From NCBI RefSeq assembly GCF_009914755.1, contig NC_060940.1: a stretch of DNA of 64,000 nt; one strand, written 5' to 3'. Shown here piece after piece: positions 32,132-48,039 of this stretch; the stretch's first letter is position 1, and each line of letters starts with the position of its first letter. Source of the DNA: the human T2T-CHM13v2.0 reference genome, Homo sapiens. Under the pieces are notes generated by a model, which saw nothing but the letters and a program-made list of their open reading frames with translations, searched no databases and was not told the origin of the DNA. The translations under genes and the position numbers were made by a program.

Positions 32132-33085
32132 TGTAATGTTAGCTAAAAAAAAAAAAAAAAAATCACAATATATAAATTTAGAAAAGAAAAGAGGGAGGTT
32201 TTATTTATTGCAAAGGGTTACAGCCTACAAAGTGGCCATTCCGCAGGCTGAGAAGCACAGCCTCTGGCCAACAGCCCAGAGAGAAGCACTTTGAAGGAGG
32301 GGTTGAGGTAAGATATTTATGGTAAATGTTTTGGCTAAACATACATATTCAACAGGTTACAGGAGAAGCTATGAATATTCATGAAGGAGGTCCTGATGCA
32401 TGTGTGTTTAACACACATGCATGTGACATATGACCCATGTTCACTTTGGGGTGGAGATACAACATTTAACTGTATTATAATTAGGCCCTATGCATCAAAG
32501 GGTCTTTTCAGGACATGAAAGCATACGAGTCCACAATCTCTGTAAATTGGCCAGAAGCAGTCCATGGTCGCTGGTCTTCTTATCAGGAGAAAGTTACTGA
32601 AATCAGTTCCTTGTCCAATCCAAGCTGTAGTTGTGGCTGGTGAAACAGGGGGTCAGTTAATCAGCATCTGCCAGCTGGATGAGCTGTAATTGTTTTAATA
32701 TTGCTTATCTTGAGGCCAGTGCTTGTTTAGCTGTTAAAGAAAAAGAAAAACCTGTGGCAGTTAGAACATAGTTTATCTTTTAAGTGTAGGGGTGGGTGAT
32801 TCAACACCTGCCTGATGCGCATGGCCTTAGGTCCTATTTATAATTTGGTGTCTTGTTGTCATAGAGTCTCCTCTGTCAGTCTTATGGTCTCTATTTTAAC
32901 ATTAATGTGGGTCAGTATTGTGTCTAAACTCCAGAAGGGAGAGGGTAGAAGGCGGTGTGTCTAACATCCTATCCCATCATAACTAGGAACTAAGTTTTTA
33001 AGGTATTTTTTAAGGGAGTCCCCTTGGCCACAAGGAGGTGTCTATTGAGTTGGTGAGGGGCTTAGGATTTTATTTTTAGTTGACA
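32132..33085 (-). mobile_element. ERV1 solo LTR, MER4 group (MER49-like)
   Basis: TG...CA ends, 4-bp TSD agtc; minus strand starts tgtcaactaaaaataaaatcctaagcccc. Confidence 0.85.
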
Positions 33086-33823
33086 AGTCTCACCATTAAA
33101 GAGCCACTTCTACACTACAAGTCTTTCTGATTCCCAGGACATACCTTATCAAGGTATAAAGGTGTAAGACTTCTCCTATGGGAAGAGGCATGCTTTAAAC
33201 AAATGCCTCATCAGAAAAGAGCTAGCTGCCATGTCAGATAAAAAACACTCCAGAGAATGGGGCTTGGTGGATACCTGGGTTGGATGCACAAAAATCTCAC
33301 AGAGAGAGGAGAGAGAAAGGGAACAAGTCCTATGTCAGATTTCCCCTCCTTGAAGCTACGCAGCTCTAGAAGCAGTTCATATGACATAGCTTTGATCCTT
33401 CCATGGTAACTCTGAAGACCTACAGAGATGCCTTAGAAGGCCAACAATGCCCCTGCAACCGCCAAGCTCATACTACATAGAGGTTAAGATCACACCATCT
33501 TTTCCAACTTTGCTTTTCAACAAAAGCATCCTACATCTGACCATGCCCTTTGTCCCTCTCCGATGTGGACATAACCAGGTTAAGATTCTGTATCTTTCTC
33601 CTCAGTCTCTGCTCAACTGAGTGTCAAGGGCTTTCCTTAATATCCTTGGGATCCAGGAAGGTTGAATTCCAAGTTTTAAGCTTCACTATTCCGGGAGACT
33701 TCCACAGGCACAATTTCAACTCCTTGGTCCATGGAGAAAGGGGTGGTGATTGGTGATGAGCTAATTTAGTACCTACTGCCAATGTACTCAGTAGTTAAAT
33801 AGATTAAATTAATTCTCCTTTGA

Positions 33824-34001
33824 GCAGAAGCTTTCAACCTTGGCTGCACATTGTATTCACCTTGGGAGCTTTAAAAAAAATACTAATGACTGAGTCCCAC
33901 GGCTAGATTCTGGTTTAATTGGCCTGGGGTGCAGCGTAGGTTTTGGGACATTTTAGCACTCTCCTGGTTATACAAATTGAAAGCAAGTTGAGAATGGTTG
34001 C
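33824..34001. mobile_element. MER5B
   Basis: tttcaaccttggctgcacattg...gattctggtttaattggcctgggg. Confidence 0.8.
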
Positions 34002-34006
34002 CTTGG

Positions 34007-34167
34007 TGTGATGGTTCTCCAAGTGTTGTCCCCAGACCAGTGGCATCAACATCACCTGGACACTTATTTGCAGATTTTCAAGTCACATCTCGGACATAGG
34101 CTTAGCAATCTGTAGTTTCACCCCTCGCCAGGTAATTCTGATACATGATGAAGTTTCAGAACCACTG
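34007..34167. mobile_element. MER5A
   Basis: ggttctccaagtgttgtccccagaccagtggcatcaacatcacctgg...agaaccactg. Confidence 0.8.
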
Positions 34168-34366
34168 TTCCGGAGGTCCTCAGGGTTTGGCTGCCACTTG
34201 CTTATAAATAGATATTTGACAGGTCCTGCTCAGCTTCTTCCTACTGACTGCTCACAACAAAAGTTCCTTTGTTCTACCTCTAAGTTCAGACCACCTTCAT
34301 TTCTAGATGGAATTCTCACTTGAGGTAGGAAGGATGCAAGGGATCCAGGCTCAATACTGAGGCTTA

Positions 34367-34878
34367 TTATACACAATGGAGCGCTATTCAGCCATAAAAA
34401 AAGAATGAGATCCTGTCATTTCCAACAACACAGGTGGAACTAGAGGTCATTATGTTAAGTGGAATAAGCTAGGCGCAGAAAGACAAACATCACGTTTCCA
34501 CTTATTTGTGAAATCTAAAAATCAAAACAATTGAAATCATAGACATAGAGTGGAGGGTTGGTTACCAGGGGCTGAGAAGGGCGTAGGTATGGTTAATGGG
34601 TGCAAAAAAAAAAAAGTTTAGAAAGAATGAATAAGATTTAGTATTTGATAGCACAACAGGGTGACTAGAGTCAATAATAATTTAATTGTACATTTTAAAA
34701 CAACCAAGAGCATAATTGATTGTCTGTAACTCAAAGGATAAATGCTTGAGGGGATGGATACCCCATTCTCCATGATGTGACTATGATGCATGCCATGCCT
34801 AAAGAGTAATGCATAAAGAGATACATTTAATAAATAGATATGTTTAGTATGTACCCACAAACATTATAAATAAGAAAA
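34367..34878 (+). mobile_element. L1MA1/2-like 3' end
   Basis: tatttgatagcacaacagggtgact...aaaggataaatgcttgaggggatggataccccatt. Confidence 0.88.
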
Positions 34879-34894
34879 TTTTGAAGTAGTAATA

Positions 34895-34897
<3 letters not shown>

Positions 34898-34930
<33 letters not shown>
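34898..34930. repeat. (CA)n microsatellite
   Basis: Seen directly. Confidence 0.98.
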
Positions 34931-34933
<3 letters not shown>

Positions 34934-35517
34934 CGTCTTCCTGGCAGACTTGTTCTGAACCTTTGGTGTCCATCTTTCATGTGTGAACCTGGCTTCATAA
35001 ACCCGGTTCCAATCTGGCCCACCAGCTCTGATAACTATGCTAGTGCCTTATTCCTCAGGGTCAAAACATTTTTTTCCTGAGTTATCTGCCTCAGACCTCC
35101 AATCCTTCTAACATTGGTAAACCTAATAATTTATATGGGTCCCATCTTACCCCAAAACCAATGTCTTCTTCTGAATTTTCTCTGAATTCACTGCTTGTTT
35201 CTCTCCCTAGCTACTTTCCTACATACTTTTTCTAAAGGAAGTAATGAATTATGTGGATGTAGGTTTATTGCCTGACTTTAAAAAATAACACCTACTCATC
35301 TTAGAAAACTTAGAGAAATCGCAGGGACAAAGAAGCAAATAAAAACCATCATTCATCCCACCTCTCTGAGACAATCATTGTTAACATTTTGGTATGCTTC
35401 CTTCCTTCTTGTTCCCTTGCACATTTATGTTATGATCTACTTTATTCCAGAAAGTATATTAGGTGGGTTACAAAAGGGCATAAAATACAAGACAGAATAC
35501 GTTTGAAAAGTCTTATT

Positions 35518-36376
35518 GATTGAATTATTGGTCTCGATGCTTCAATGCTTCACCATAGTATGTTATACAACCACATCCTTGACATAACAAGTGGAAGATA
35601 TATCCCCAAACACATACCTTGAGTTTGGGATTGGCTGTGCAACTTGCTTTGGCTAATGGTATATTAGCAATACATAATGCAAACAGAGGCTCACAACATA
35701 CTTGCTTTGTTGGGCTTGCTTTGTTATACTCCAGAGATCTGTCATGTGAAGAACATACCACAGTGTCCACTGCCCCTTAGACCTGGGTCCCAAAATGGCA
35801 GACCTAGGGAAGACTGCTTGTATTGGTCCATTCTTGCACTGCTATAAAGAAATGCCTAAAAGACTGGGTAATTTATAAAGAAGAGAGGTTTAATTCTCAT
35901 GATTTCACAGGCTGTACATGCAGCATGATGCTGGCATCTGCTTGGCTTCTGTGGAGGCCTCCAAAAACTTACGATGATGGCAGAAGGCAAAGCAGGGATG
36001 AAGTGTCTCACGTGGCAGGAGCAGGAGGAAGAGAGAGCGAGGGGAGTGGGGGTGGGGGGTGCTGCACCCTCTTAAACAACGAGATCTCATGAGAACTCAC
36101 TATCATGAAAACGGCACCAAGAGGATGATGCTAAACCATTCATGAGAAATCCACCCCCAGGATCCAACTACTTCCCACCCGGCCCCACGTCCAACACCGG
36201 GGACTACAATTCAAGAAGACATTTGGTGGAGACCCAGCTCCAAGACGTACTGCCGCATGCCACCCCTCAACAAGCCTATAGATGCATAAGCAATAAACAG
36301 TTTCTTATTATTGTATGCCGCTGAATTGTGTGTGCTTTTTAAATCTACTTTTATTATGGTAATAGCTAATTGATAC
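35518..36376 (+). mobile_element. MLT1G-like LTR, split by an MST LTR
   Basis: aacttgctttggctaatgg; 3' end aataaa...gtaatagctaattgatac. Confidence 0.65.
35819..36252 (-). mobile_element. MSTA/THE1-group LTR
   Basis: tgtattggtccattcttgcactgctataaagaaat...atgagaactcactatcatga. Confidence 0.9.
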
Positions 36377-36377
36377 C

Positions 36378-36566
36378 CTCTTTCACTTATCCTGAGATGC
36401 ACACGTTTTCACATTATAACATCGCTGAAGTCAAAATGTGTCTTGTAATCAACGGCATGCCGTAGCTTTCTTGGCAAGGTTCTTTTTCCTTCCTTGATAC
36501 TTAATAGTATACAAAAAACGGTGCATATTATATTTGGTGGCATCCTAGATACTATGAAATACAGTA
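36378..36566. mobile_element. MER104 (TcMar-Tc2) DNA transposon relic
   Basis: gatgcacacgttttcacattataacatc...catcctagatactatgaaatacagta. Confidence 0.7.
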
Positions 36567-36624
36567 GGTGAAAAATCAGTTAAAAAGTAAAACATATATT
36601 ATTGTTCCATTACAATTCATAGCT

Positions 36625-36740
36625 ATGCACACACATATATATCTGTTATATTTGTGTGCTTTGCAGACATATATTTTATGTATGTGTATATATGTGTATA
36701 TGTGTACACATATATACGTACATATATACACATACATATC
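36625..36740. repeat. (TA)/(TG)/(CA) low complexity
   Basis: Seen directly. Confidence 0.8.
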
Positions 36741-38255
36741 CATAAATTCAAAAAGTAAAACTTGTTTGTTCTAAAGAATGTTAAGAATATAGACTAGGGA
36801 GATAACTTCTCTTTGGTTTAGTAGAACAACTGAATAGTAATTTTTGAATGTGAGACTCAAGGCTCTTTATATAAGTCTAGATGGAATGAAACTAAAAGAG
36901 AATTAGATTGTTTCTTATATTAACAGAAATTACTAAATTATATGCTAGTTGATCAAGATAGCAATTGGGATGGCGAGAGGCTAGAACTTGCAGAAAAGCA
37001 TGACAGTAAGTAAAGTAAGCAATTCCCAGTGGCGGGAAACAGTCAATGAATCACAAGACTGATGTTCAACACTTTTTGCAATTAACCACAGTTTATCCTA
37101 GACCTTTTTCACATCACAGCCTTTCTGACAGGATAAAAGGAAAGGTGCTACTATGTCCCATTTGTGGTGATAGATCCTAGGAGGCAGAATAGTGAGTAGG
37201 TAGAGGGAATTTACTAACTCGACAGATATCTTTGTAGGGCACTGAACTACTCATGGATTAAGAAATAGAAGCTCAAGCTATGTTAACCGCAAAGGCAGGA
37301 GCGTTCCCAAAGATTGTCAAGATGAGAAAGCTAGAGTAACACAGTCAGAAAGAAAAAAAAAAACAAACAACTAAAAGGAAGTGCGCTAAAACATTGGCAG
37401 TAGTTGCCATTAAGTAATGGAATTGTGGGTTGTTTCTATTTTCCCTTTATTTGTACTTGTCTATGCTTTCCAAAATTTCCACAATGCAGCTGTATTGACT
37501 TCATAAGCATAAGAACAAATGTTTTTATTGTGTCCATGAGAAAGGGAAAAGAAAATTATGGGACTGTGAAATGGAACCAGGCGTGTGACTGAGATCATGA
37601 GCTATTTTTGTATCCTGCTCATTTTCATGAATCTAGAGTATTCCCCCGTTTTATTGCAAATTCTTCACAGTATCATTAGTGATGGCTACATAACAGCATA
37701 TAAATGAATGAATCATAATTGATTTAATCCTCTGTTATTATATAGTTGGGAAATAATTGAGTTATTTCCATTTTCCATACTATTGTCTGTTAACTGTGCT
37801 GAACATTTTGTATATAAATGTCATCCACTCCATAAACATTTTAATATGCCTAATTTTCTGATTATCTAAATGCCTTGCTATCTCACTTTTCTTACCTTCT
37901 AGACCACTCCATGATCATGAGCTAAATATCCTCAATGCCTTTTGATTACTCAACCATGTTCGGTCACTGTCTCCCTAAATTACTGTGGTCTGATTCCTGA
38001 GCAGGAACCCCTTCCAGCTCCAGCCAGCATTTATAAGGCCCAGCCTTCTGTTGCTTCAATTCAAAACAGCATTGTCACCAAGCTGCTCACTTCTCCTAAA
38101 AATGTGTCTCAAAACACACTTCCCCATTAGCTGTATGCATTTATCAGTGGAGCAATAAATGATGATGGTGCTGTTATTCATCAAATGGTCAGAGTAATTG
38201 TGTCACTGGCTGTGCCCAAGTTCCTATGAGTCCTCACACATCAACCCCTATTTCT

Positions 38256-39986
<1,731 letters not shown>

Positions 39987-40042
39987 ACAACCCTAATTTC
40001 TCTCCTCTTTCTCTTTCTCTCTCTCTGTCTCTGTGTCTGTCA

Positions 40043-40395
<353 letters not shown>

Positions 40396-40736
40396 TTACG
40401 TAGGAAACAGACAAGATTCACTGATTTCCCTTTACTTGATGGGGCTTTAAGCAATTCTGGTTTTATAGGGATGTGGGCACACACAGCCCATAGGCTCTGT
40501 GCCTTGCATTATGAGAGTTCACAAAGCCTCATAAGACATGACTAGCCTTGAGCAAACTGGCCCCAGTTTGCTCATCTGATAGATTAGGCTGTGGCTTTAA
40601 GCTCAGAGTCAGTGGAATCTCTTTGCTTGGTTTATAAAATGTGCTCAGTCCTCAGAATCTTTCGCTTCTTCCCAGAGGAAGCCTGAGGAGACTGACACTG
40701 TTGTAATACCAAGGACAAACTTGGGCTCCACCCCCA

Positions 40737-40738
<2 letters not shown>

Positions 40739-40776
<38 letters not shown>

Positions 40777-40813
40777 CCCCCCCCCCACACACACACACAC
40801 ACACCCGCACACA
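40739..40813. repeat. Compound (TC)n-(C)n-(CA)n microsatellite
   Basis: Seen directly. Confidence 0.97.
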
Positions 40814-41445
40814 ACCAGGAGCCTTAAGCAAACCTTGATCTTGTAATGTTTGAAACCCTATCAGAAAACAGAGTCCCTGTGCCTTCTTATCTCGGTCTCA
40901 GCGCAGAAAGGAGGTGGTGATTGGCAAATGGATTCATGTCAATGACATTCTAGGCCTGATAAAGTGCTTCTGTGGGCCCTGGGAGAGATGGATTTCCAAA
41001 GTCGTGGGCAGGTAAGTTGGGAGAAGATGAGAGCTGACTGTTGTCTGGACTGATAATCGAGTCCTCTTGAGAGAAAGTTGTCAAAGCTTAATCAGATGCC
41101 CCCTAGTCCAACGCCTTGGGCACTCACTGTTTTGCCTTTCCAGTATCTATTTGCTTGTATTAACAGTGTTGCCACCCTATTTTCTTCTAAAGGGGCCTCT
41201 CCTCTCCCTCTTAGGTCCATGAGGTTTTAGGGACCTGACACCACCATCTCTTTGGCTCCAGAAGCAGTCAGGGCATCCAAACCTGGCGAGTGTCACCACT
41301 GCATTCCCTCCCACATGATGATTGGTTTAAGAGTAGGCACATGACTCAAACCCAGCCAATCAGGGTCCGTGAATATCACTCAGGAGCCCACAGCCAACAC
41401 ATGGGAAAATCAAAGAATGGGGATAAACAAGACTTTCTACCATAG

Positions 41446-42190
41446 TGATATGGACAGGAGACAGGAAAATACTGGGTAGAAGAGGGCAGTTCCCCAGCAA
41501 AGGCCTCACTCTCAAGCCTGGATACCTGCAGACCTAAGTAAGAACAGGTATTCCTGTTTTCACACCCCAAAAGTTGCCTTTCGGCCAACCACGCCCCCTA
41601 TCCTGTACCCATATAAACCCCAAGCCCAGGATCCAGAAGCAGACAAGCAGATGAGGAGACAAGCAGACGAACAACAGGATGGTGTGACAGAGGAAGAGAG
41701 AAGAGACGGAGCGCCTGAGCACTGAGAGGAGCTTGGCTGGGGGTGGTTGGAGAGGAGTTGGGCCACCACTGGATGGTCAAACTCCAGGGGAAGATCATCT
41801 TCCCACTCCATTCCCCCTACCAGCTCCCCATCCATCCTGTTGAGAGCCACCTCTACCACTCAGTAAAACCCCTGCATTCATCCTCCAAGTCCGTGTGTGA
41901 CCTGATTCTTCTGGGATGCTGGACATGGGCTCAGGATACAGAAAGCTGTCGCACTGGCCCTCTGTCCTTTCAGAAAGTTGGAGGGTCCACTGAGCTGGTT
42001 AACACTTAAGCCATCCACGGACAGCAAGGCTAAAAGGTCGCGCTGTAACACACGCCCACTTGGGCTCCTACATCTGTCCGTCTGTGTGCTCTTTCTCCCA
42101 TAAGGGATTTGAGCATCAGCAGTGAGCGAAAAGACAAGCCACACCCCTGTCACACATCCTTCAGTGGGGTCAGGGAACTCTCTTGTTTCA
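41446..42190 (+). mobile_element. MER50 solo LTR (ERV1), full length
   Basis: tgatatggacaggagacagg...gggaactctcttgtttca; TG...CA ends, 4-bp TSD atag. Confidence 0.9.
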
Positions 42191-42744
42191 ATAGGATTTG
42201 AGCACCTAAATTTAGGATATCAAGATTTCCAAATGATGTAAGTGACTGTGCTCCCTTTTTGTTTAAGTTGATGGGACTTAGGTTTTCTTTTATTCAAAAT
42301 CAACGAACATCAAACACCTGCAACAAACAGACACTATGAGAAGCTCCAGACGTTGATGTGTCGCTGGCTAAATACAGTGGGTAGAATCCCAAGATGCCTC
42401 TGTGAATAGGGTTATAAGGAAATTCCAGTGACAATACACGCAGAGAAGTTTAATGAGAAAAGCATTGTGCTGAGGATCAGAAAACAGATTTGCACACAAG
42501 TTTCTAGCAATATGACCTTAGATAAGTTATTTAGCATTTGTAAGCCTCCATTCCCTTGACTGTAAAATAGGATTTATATATGTGTGTGTGTATATATATA
42601 TTCAGCCCCTATAATGATCTAATTATATATGTTTGTATTATATATATGTGTGTGTTTATATGTGTGTATATATGTGTATATATACATACATGCATACATA
42701 TATGTAATTAGATCATTATAAGGGCTAAATAAGGAAAGTCTTTG

Positions 42745-43539
<795 letters not shown>

Positions 43540-43711
43540 TAAAAGTTTTTTTAAAATGTCTTTGAAGCACCTATTACAGTGCCTTGCATGCAAGGCAGGG
43601 AGTGTAAACGTGTTGCATAGTATTTCCCTTTCTCGGCATAGCATTAGGTAATTACCTACCCCTTGTGAACTTTCACTTTCTCATCTGTGAAATGAAGGCC
43701 TTTTCACTACA

Positions 43712-43891
43712 TCTATGGCCTTCAATCCTTGCTGCAAACTAAAATTACCAGGACAGTTTTAAAATATACAGATGCTCAGGCTTTCTGCCCAGAGATACTG
43801 ATTTAATTGGTCTGAGTGGGGGCTCTTGGCATTGACATCTTTTAAATACTCTCAAGTGATGCTAATGTGAAGATGGGGTTGAGAACCACGG
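43712..43891. mobile_element. MER5B
   Basis: cagagatactgatttaattggtctg...ggttgagaaccac. Confidence 0.75.
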
Positions 43892-44734
43892 CACTGGATG
43901 AGGATCGCTTTACAAGTTAGCAACCTAAGGCTCTTATAAAGAAAAAATAATTTCATCATTACAGCTATACATTTTCCAGCAGAAATATCCTGAAATGATG
44001 CATTTGAAAATGAGCAATTAACCCTTCAGCAGAAGATGTTTTAAAACTTTTACTCAGACTCATCAAAGTCAATCTCTGTTTAAGGAGCAAATTCATTAAG
44101 AGCAGAAAATTTTTACCACTCTGAGATTATTCGGCAAACTCTCATACTGCCTCTGCCATGCTTTTGTTAGGACTGTTATCCCTAAGTAAAAAAATCTTGG
44201 GGGAAAGAGATATCAATTTTATTTTGTAAAAATATTTGATGGAGCTAATGAGTGTGTGTGTTTTTAATAGTTCCCTTGTGAAATGCTAGACAGTAAATAT
44301 AATTAAAAGTGGGAGATGGAACTGATTATTCATCAAGCATGTATTTTAAGAACCCAATTATGAAAAGAATAATGCAACGTGGAACATGAAATGGCTGCTA
44401 ACAATGCTGCATTTTTCTAAAGTGTTTTAGAGAGCTCTCAAATCCCTAAGATTGATAAAATTACCACAGTGATATCTTGCTCAGCCCTTGCTATTTGCAG
44501 TGTCTCATATTTATAAAAGAGAATAGAACACATCCTCTTCTCAAAAGGATTGGGAATAGGGAAATAAGCCATTGTCTCTAAAGATCTGGATGAAAAAAAC
44601 ACCATATAGTATTCACATTAACAGGAATCTGCAATAACGGTGGAACAAGAACTGAAATATGGCATAATAAACTGAGATTTTATTTCCAGCTCCCACACAA
44701 ATTACCTGGATAGCCTTAAAAATTTTAGGCTCTA

Positions 44735-47503
44735 GGGGACGTCTGCTTCCAGCCAAGACGGAGTAACCGAGACTTGATTTACTCTTTTGCCTGAAACAAC
44801 CACAAAAAACCCCACAAAAATATATGAAACAATGATTTTCAGGACACCGGACTTCAAGTAACAAAGGATGGCAGTCCCTGAGAGATTAAAAAGAAATGAG
44901 GTGAGGCCTAGGACTTCCCTAGCATTAGCCTTGAGGGATGTCCCAGACATAATACCGGAAGGGGGAAACCAGGAAGAGCACAGTGGGCTTCCTGAGTTGA
45001 GGAGCTAGGTTCCCAAAAGCCCAAAACAGCTAGGGTTTGCAGGACAGGGTGCTGGAGAGGAGGGAACCACACAGAAGAGAACCCTGAAGATTTGCCAGAA
45101 GTCTTCCTTGAGTATTCAGCAAAGTACTGATTGGCTCACACGCATAGGGAACTTTCTAAGGCAAAGAGAGGCCATTTGAAGGATTAGAAGGAACAGTAGC
45201 AAGCATTCCCATTAAGCCAGAAATCATTCCTATTCCTATTCTACAAGCCAAACTGAAAACTTCATAATTTAGAGTACTCAAGAGGGTTTGCCTCATTAGT
45301 GGGGAACAATTAGCCCTAAACTAAACACTACTCTGATCTCATCTAACAAGTCTTAAAAGCAATACTCAAAAGATTCAAACTGTTTCCAAAAACAATTGCA
45401 TTTCAGAAAAAGAAAAATCTCTAAATTTATAGGAATGCAAAAATATCCAACAGCTAACAATGTCTGGCATCGTATCAAAGACAAACAGGCATGAAAAAAA
45501 GACGGAAAATACAGATTATGAGGAGAAAAATCAATCAGTTAAAACTGACCCAAAACATCCACAGATGTTAGAATTAGAAGACAAGGACATAAAATCAGTT
45601 ATTACAACTACATTGCATATGTTCAAAAAGCTAAGTAGAAACATGGAATATATTTTGAAAGATGCAAACAGAACTTCTAGAGATGAGAACTATGATGTCT
45701 GAAATGAAATAGATACAGGCTGGGATTAACCAAAGATATCCCAAAAAAAAGATCATGAATTCAAAGAGCAGTAGAAACAATCTTGAATGAAACACAGAGA
45801 GAAAAAAAAATAAAAATGAAAAAGAGCATCTGAGCTGTGGAACAACTTCAAGCAGCCTGATATACATAATTAAAGGATTCAAAGGAGAGAAGGGGGAAAG
45901 AAACATCTTTGAAAAAATAATGATCAAAAAGTTTACAAATCTAGTAAAACAACTATGAACTCACAGATCCAAAAGATTCAATAAGTTTTAAGTATAAACA
46001 AACAAATACAACAAAACACATCATAATCAAATTACTCAAAGTCCATGGTAAAGGGAAAATACGAAAAAGAGCCAAAGCCAAATAATATGTTACATAAAGA
46101 GGCACAAAGATAGGTATGATGACAGATTTCTCCTCAGAAACTATATAAGCAAAAAGACGTGGAGCAGTGTCTTTAAAATAGTGAAAGAAAAAAATTCAGC
46201 TAGAATATACCTAGAAAAAATATTTTTCAAAAAATGCTTTCAAAATGAAGGCAAAATAAAGACAGTTGTAGACATTAAAAATGTGAAAGCTGCACTCCAA
46301 GAAAGGTTAAAAGAAGCCCTTTCAGGAAAAAGGAAACTGGTCGAATCTTCTAGAGGACATGACAATCCTAAATATTTATGCACCTATATGAACCTAATAA
46401 CAGAGTTTCAAAATACACAAAACAAAAAATAATAAAACTTCGAGGAAAAATAGACAAATCCACAATTATATTCAGACATTTTAAGTACTTCTTTCTCAAT
46501 TATCAACAGAACAAGTAAACATAAATCAGCGAGTATATAAGAGATCTGAACAACACTAACAATCAACTTGACGTAAATGACATTTATAGAACAACTCAGC
46601 AACAACAGAAGAATATCCATTCTTCTAAAATGCAATAGAGAATTCACCAAGATAAACAATTTTATGAGCCATAAAACATGTTTCAGTAAATTTGAAAAAA
46701 TTTTAGTCATTCAAAGTATGTTGTCTGACCACAGTGAAGTTAAATTACAAATAAACTAAAGATACCTAGAAAGAAAGACATTTGAAAAAATCCAAATATT
46801 TGGAGACTAAATACACTTCCAAATAGTTCAATTGTCAAGATAAAAATTAAAAAGAAAACTGGAAGCCATTTTGAAGTAAATGAAAAGGAAATATACGTAT
46901 GAAAATTTGTGGGATGCAACTAAAGCATTTACTTAGAGGAAAATGTGTAGCCTCAATGGCTATATTAGAAAAGAAGAAAGCTCTCAAGTCAATGACCTCA
47001 GCCTCTGCTTTAAGAAAGTAGAAAAAGAAGAGAAACTTAACTCAAAGTAAGCAGAGAAAGGAAATAATAAAGATAAAAGTGGAAATCAATGCAGTAGAAC
47101 ACAGAAAAATAATAGAGGAAATCACTAAAACCAAAAGCTACTTATTTGACAAAAATCAATAAAATTGACAAATCTCTAGCCAGACTTACAAGGGGTAAAA
47201 ATGAATAGAAGGCAAAAATTACAAATATTAGGAAAGAAAGAGGTGACATCACTACAGATATTAAAAGGATAATAAGGCAATATTATGGACAATGTTATAC
47301 TAAGTTCGACAACTTAGATTAAAATAAATATATAATCATTCAAATCGATACACAAAAATCAATTATATTTCTGTACTGAAGCAACAAACAATTAGAAGTT
47401 CAATTGAAGTTTTGAAATAAATATTATTTACAATGGCAGCAAAAATGTGAAATACTTAGGAATAAATCAATCTACAAAACAGAAATTAAAGAAGACATAA
47501 ATA
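44735..47503 (+). mobile_element. Old L1 (L1MD/MC-type) 5'UTR, ORF1 and ORF2 endonuclease remnants
   Basis: cttccagccaagacggagtaac 5' start. ORF1-like QMLELEDKDIKSVITTTLHMFKKL. EN-like FTKINNFMSHKTCFSKFEKILVIQSMLSDHSEVKLQIN. Confidence 0.85.
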
Positions 47504-47600
47504 TTGGCTAGGCTGGTCGTGAACTCCTGACCTCAGGTGATCCACCCGCCTCAGCCCCCCAAAGTATTGGGATTACAGCCATGAGCCACCTCGCCCGGCC
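47504..47600 (-). mobile_element. Alu 5' fragment
   Basis: ggctggtcgtgaactcctgacctcaggtgatcc...cccggcc; no right arm or tail. Confidence 0.9.
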
Positions 47601-47650
47601 ATGTGTATTCTCTTGATGCAATAAAAAAGTCATGTAACCTCTCTGTACCA

Positions 47651-47952
47651 TTTTTTTTGTTTTGTTTTGAGACAGAGTCTTGCTCTGTCGCCCAGGCTGG
47701 AATGCAGAGACACGATCTCCACTCACGGCAACGTCTCCTCGCGGGTTCCAGCGATTCTCCCGCCTCAGCCTCCCGAGTAGCTGGGATTACAGGTGCATGC
47801 CACCACACTAGGCTAATTTTTTTTGTAATTTCAGTAGAGACAGGGTTTTGCCATGTTGGCCAGGCTGGTCTCAAACTCCTGATCTCAGGTGATCCACTCA
47901 CCTCGACCTCCCAAAGTGCTGGGATTGCAGGTATGAGCCACTGCGCCCGGTC
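47651..47952 (-). mobile_element. Alu (AluSx-like)
   Basis: Reverse dimer. Confidence 0.93.
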
Positions 47953-48039
47953 TGAACTTGTTCTTTGCCTTGAGTATGGGGAATAGCAATGTGCTTTAGA
48001 TTGCACACCCCTCTGTTTATGGTTGCACAGTGATCCACG

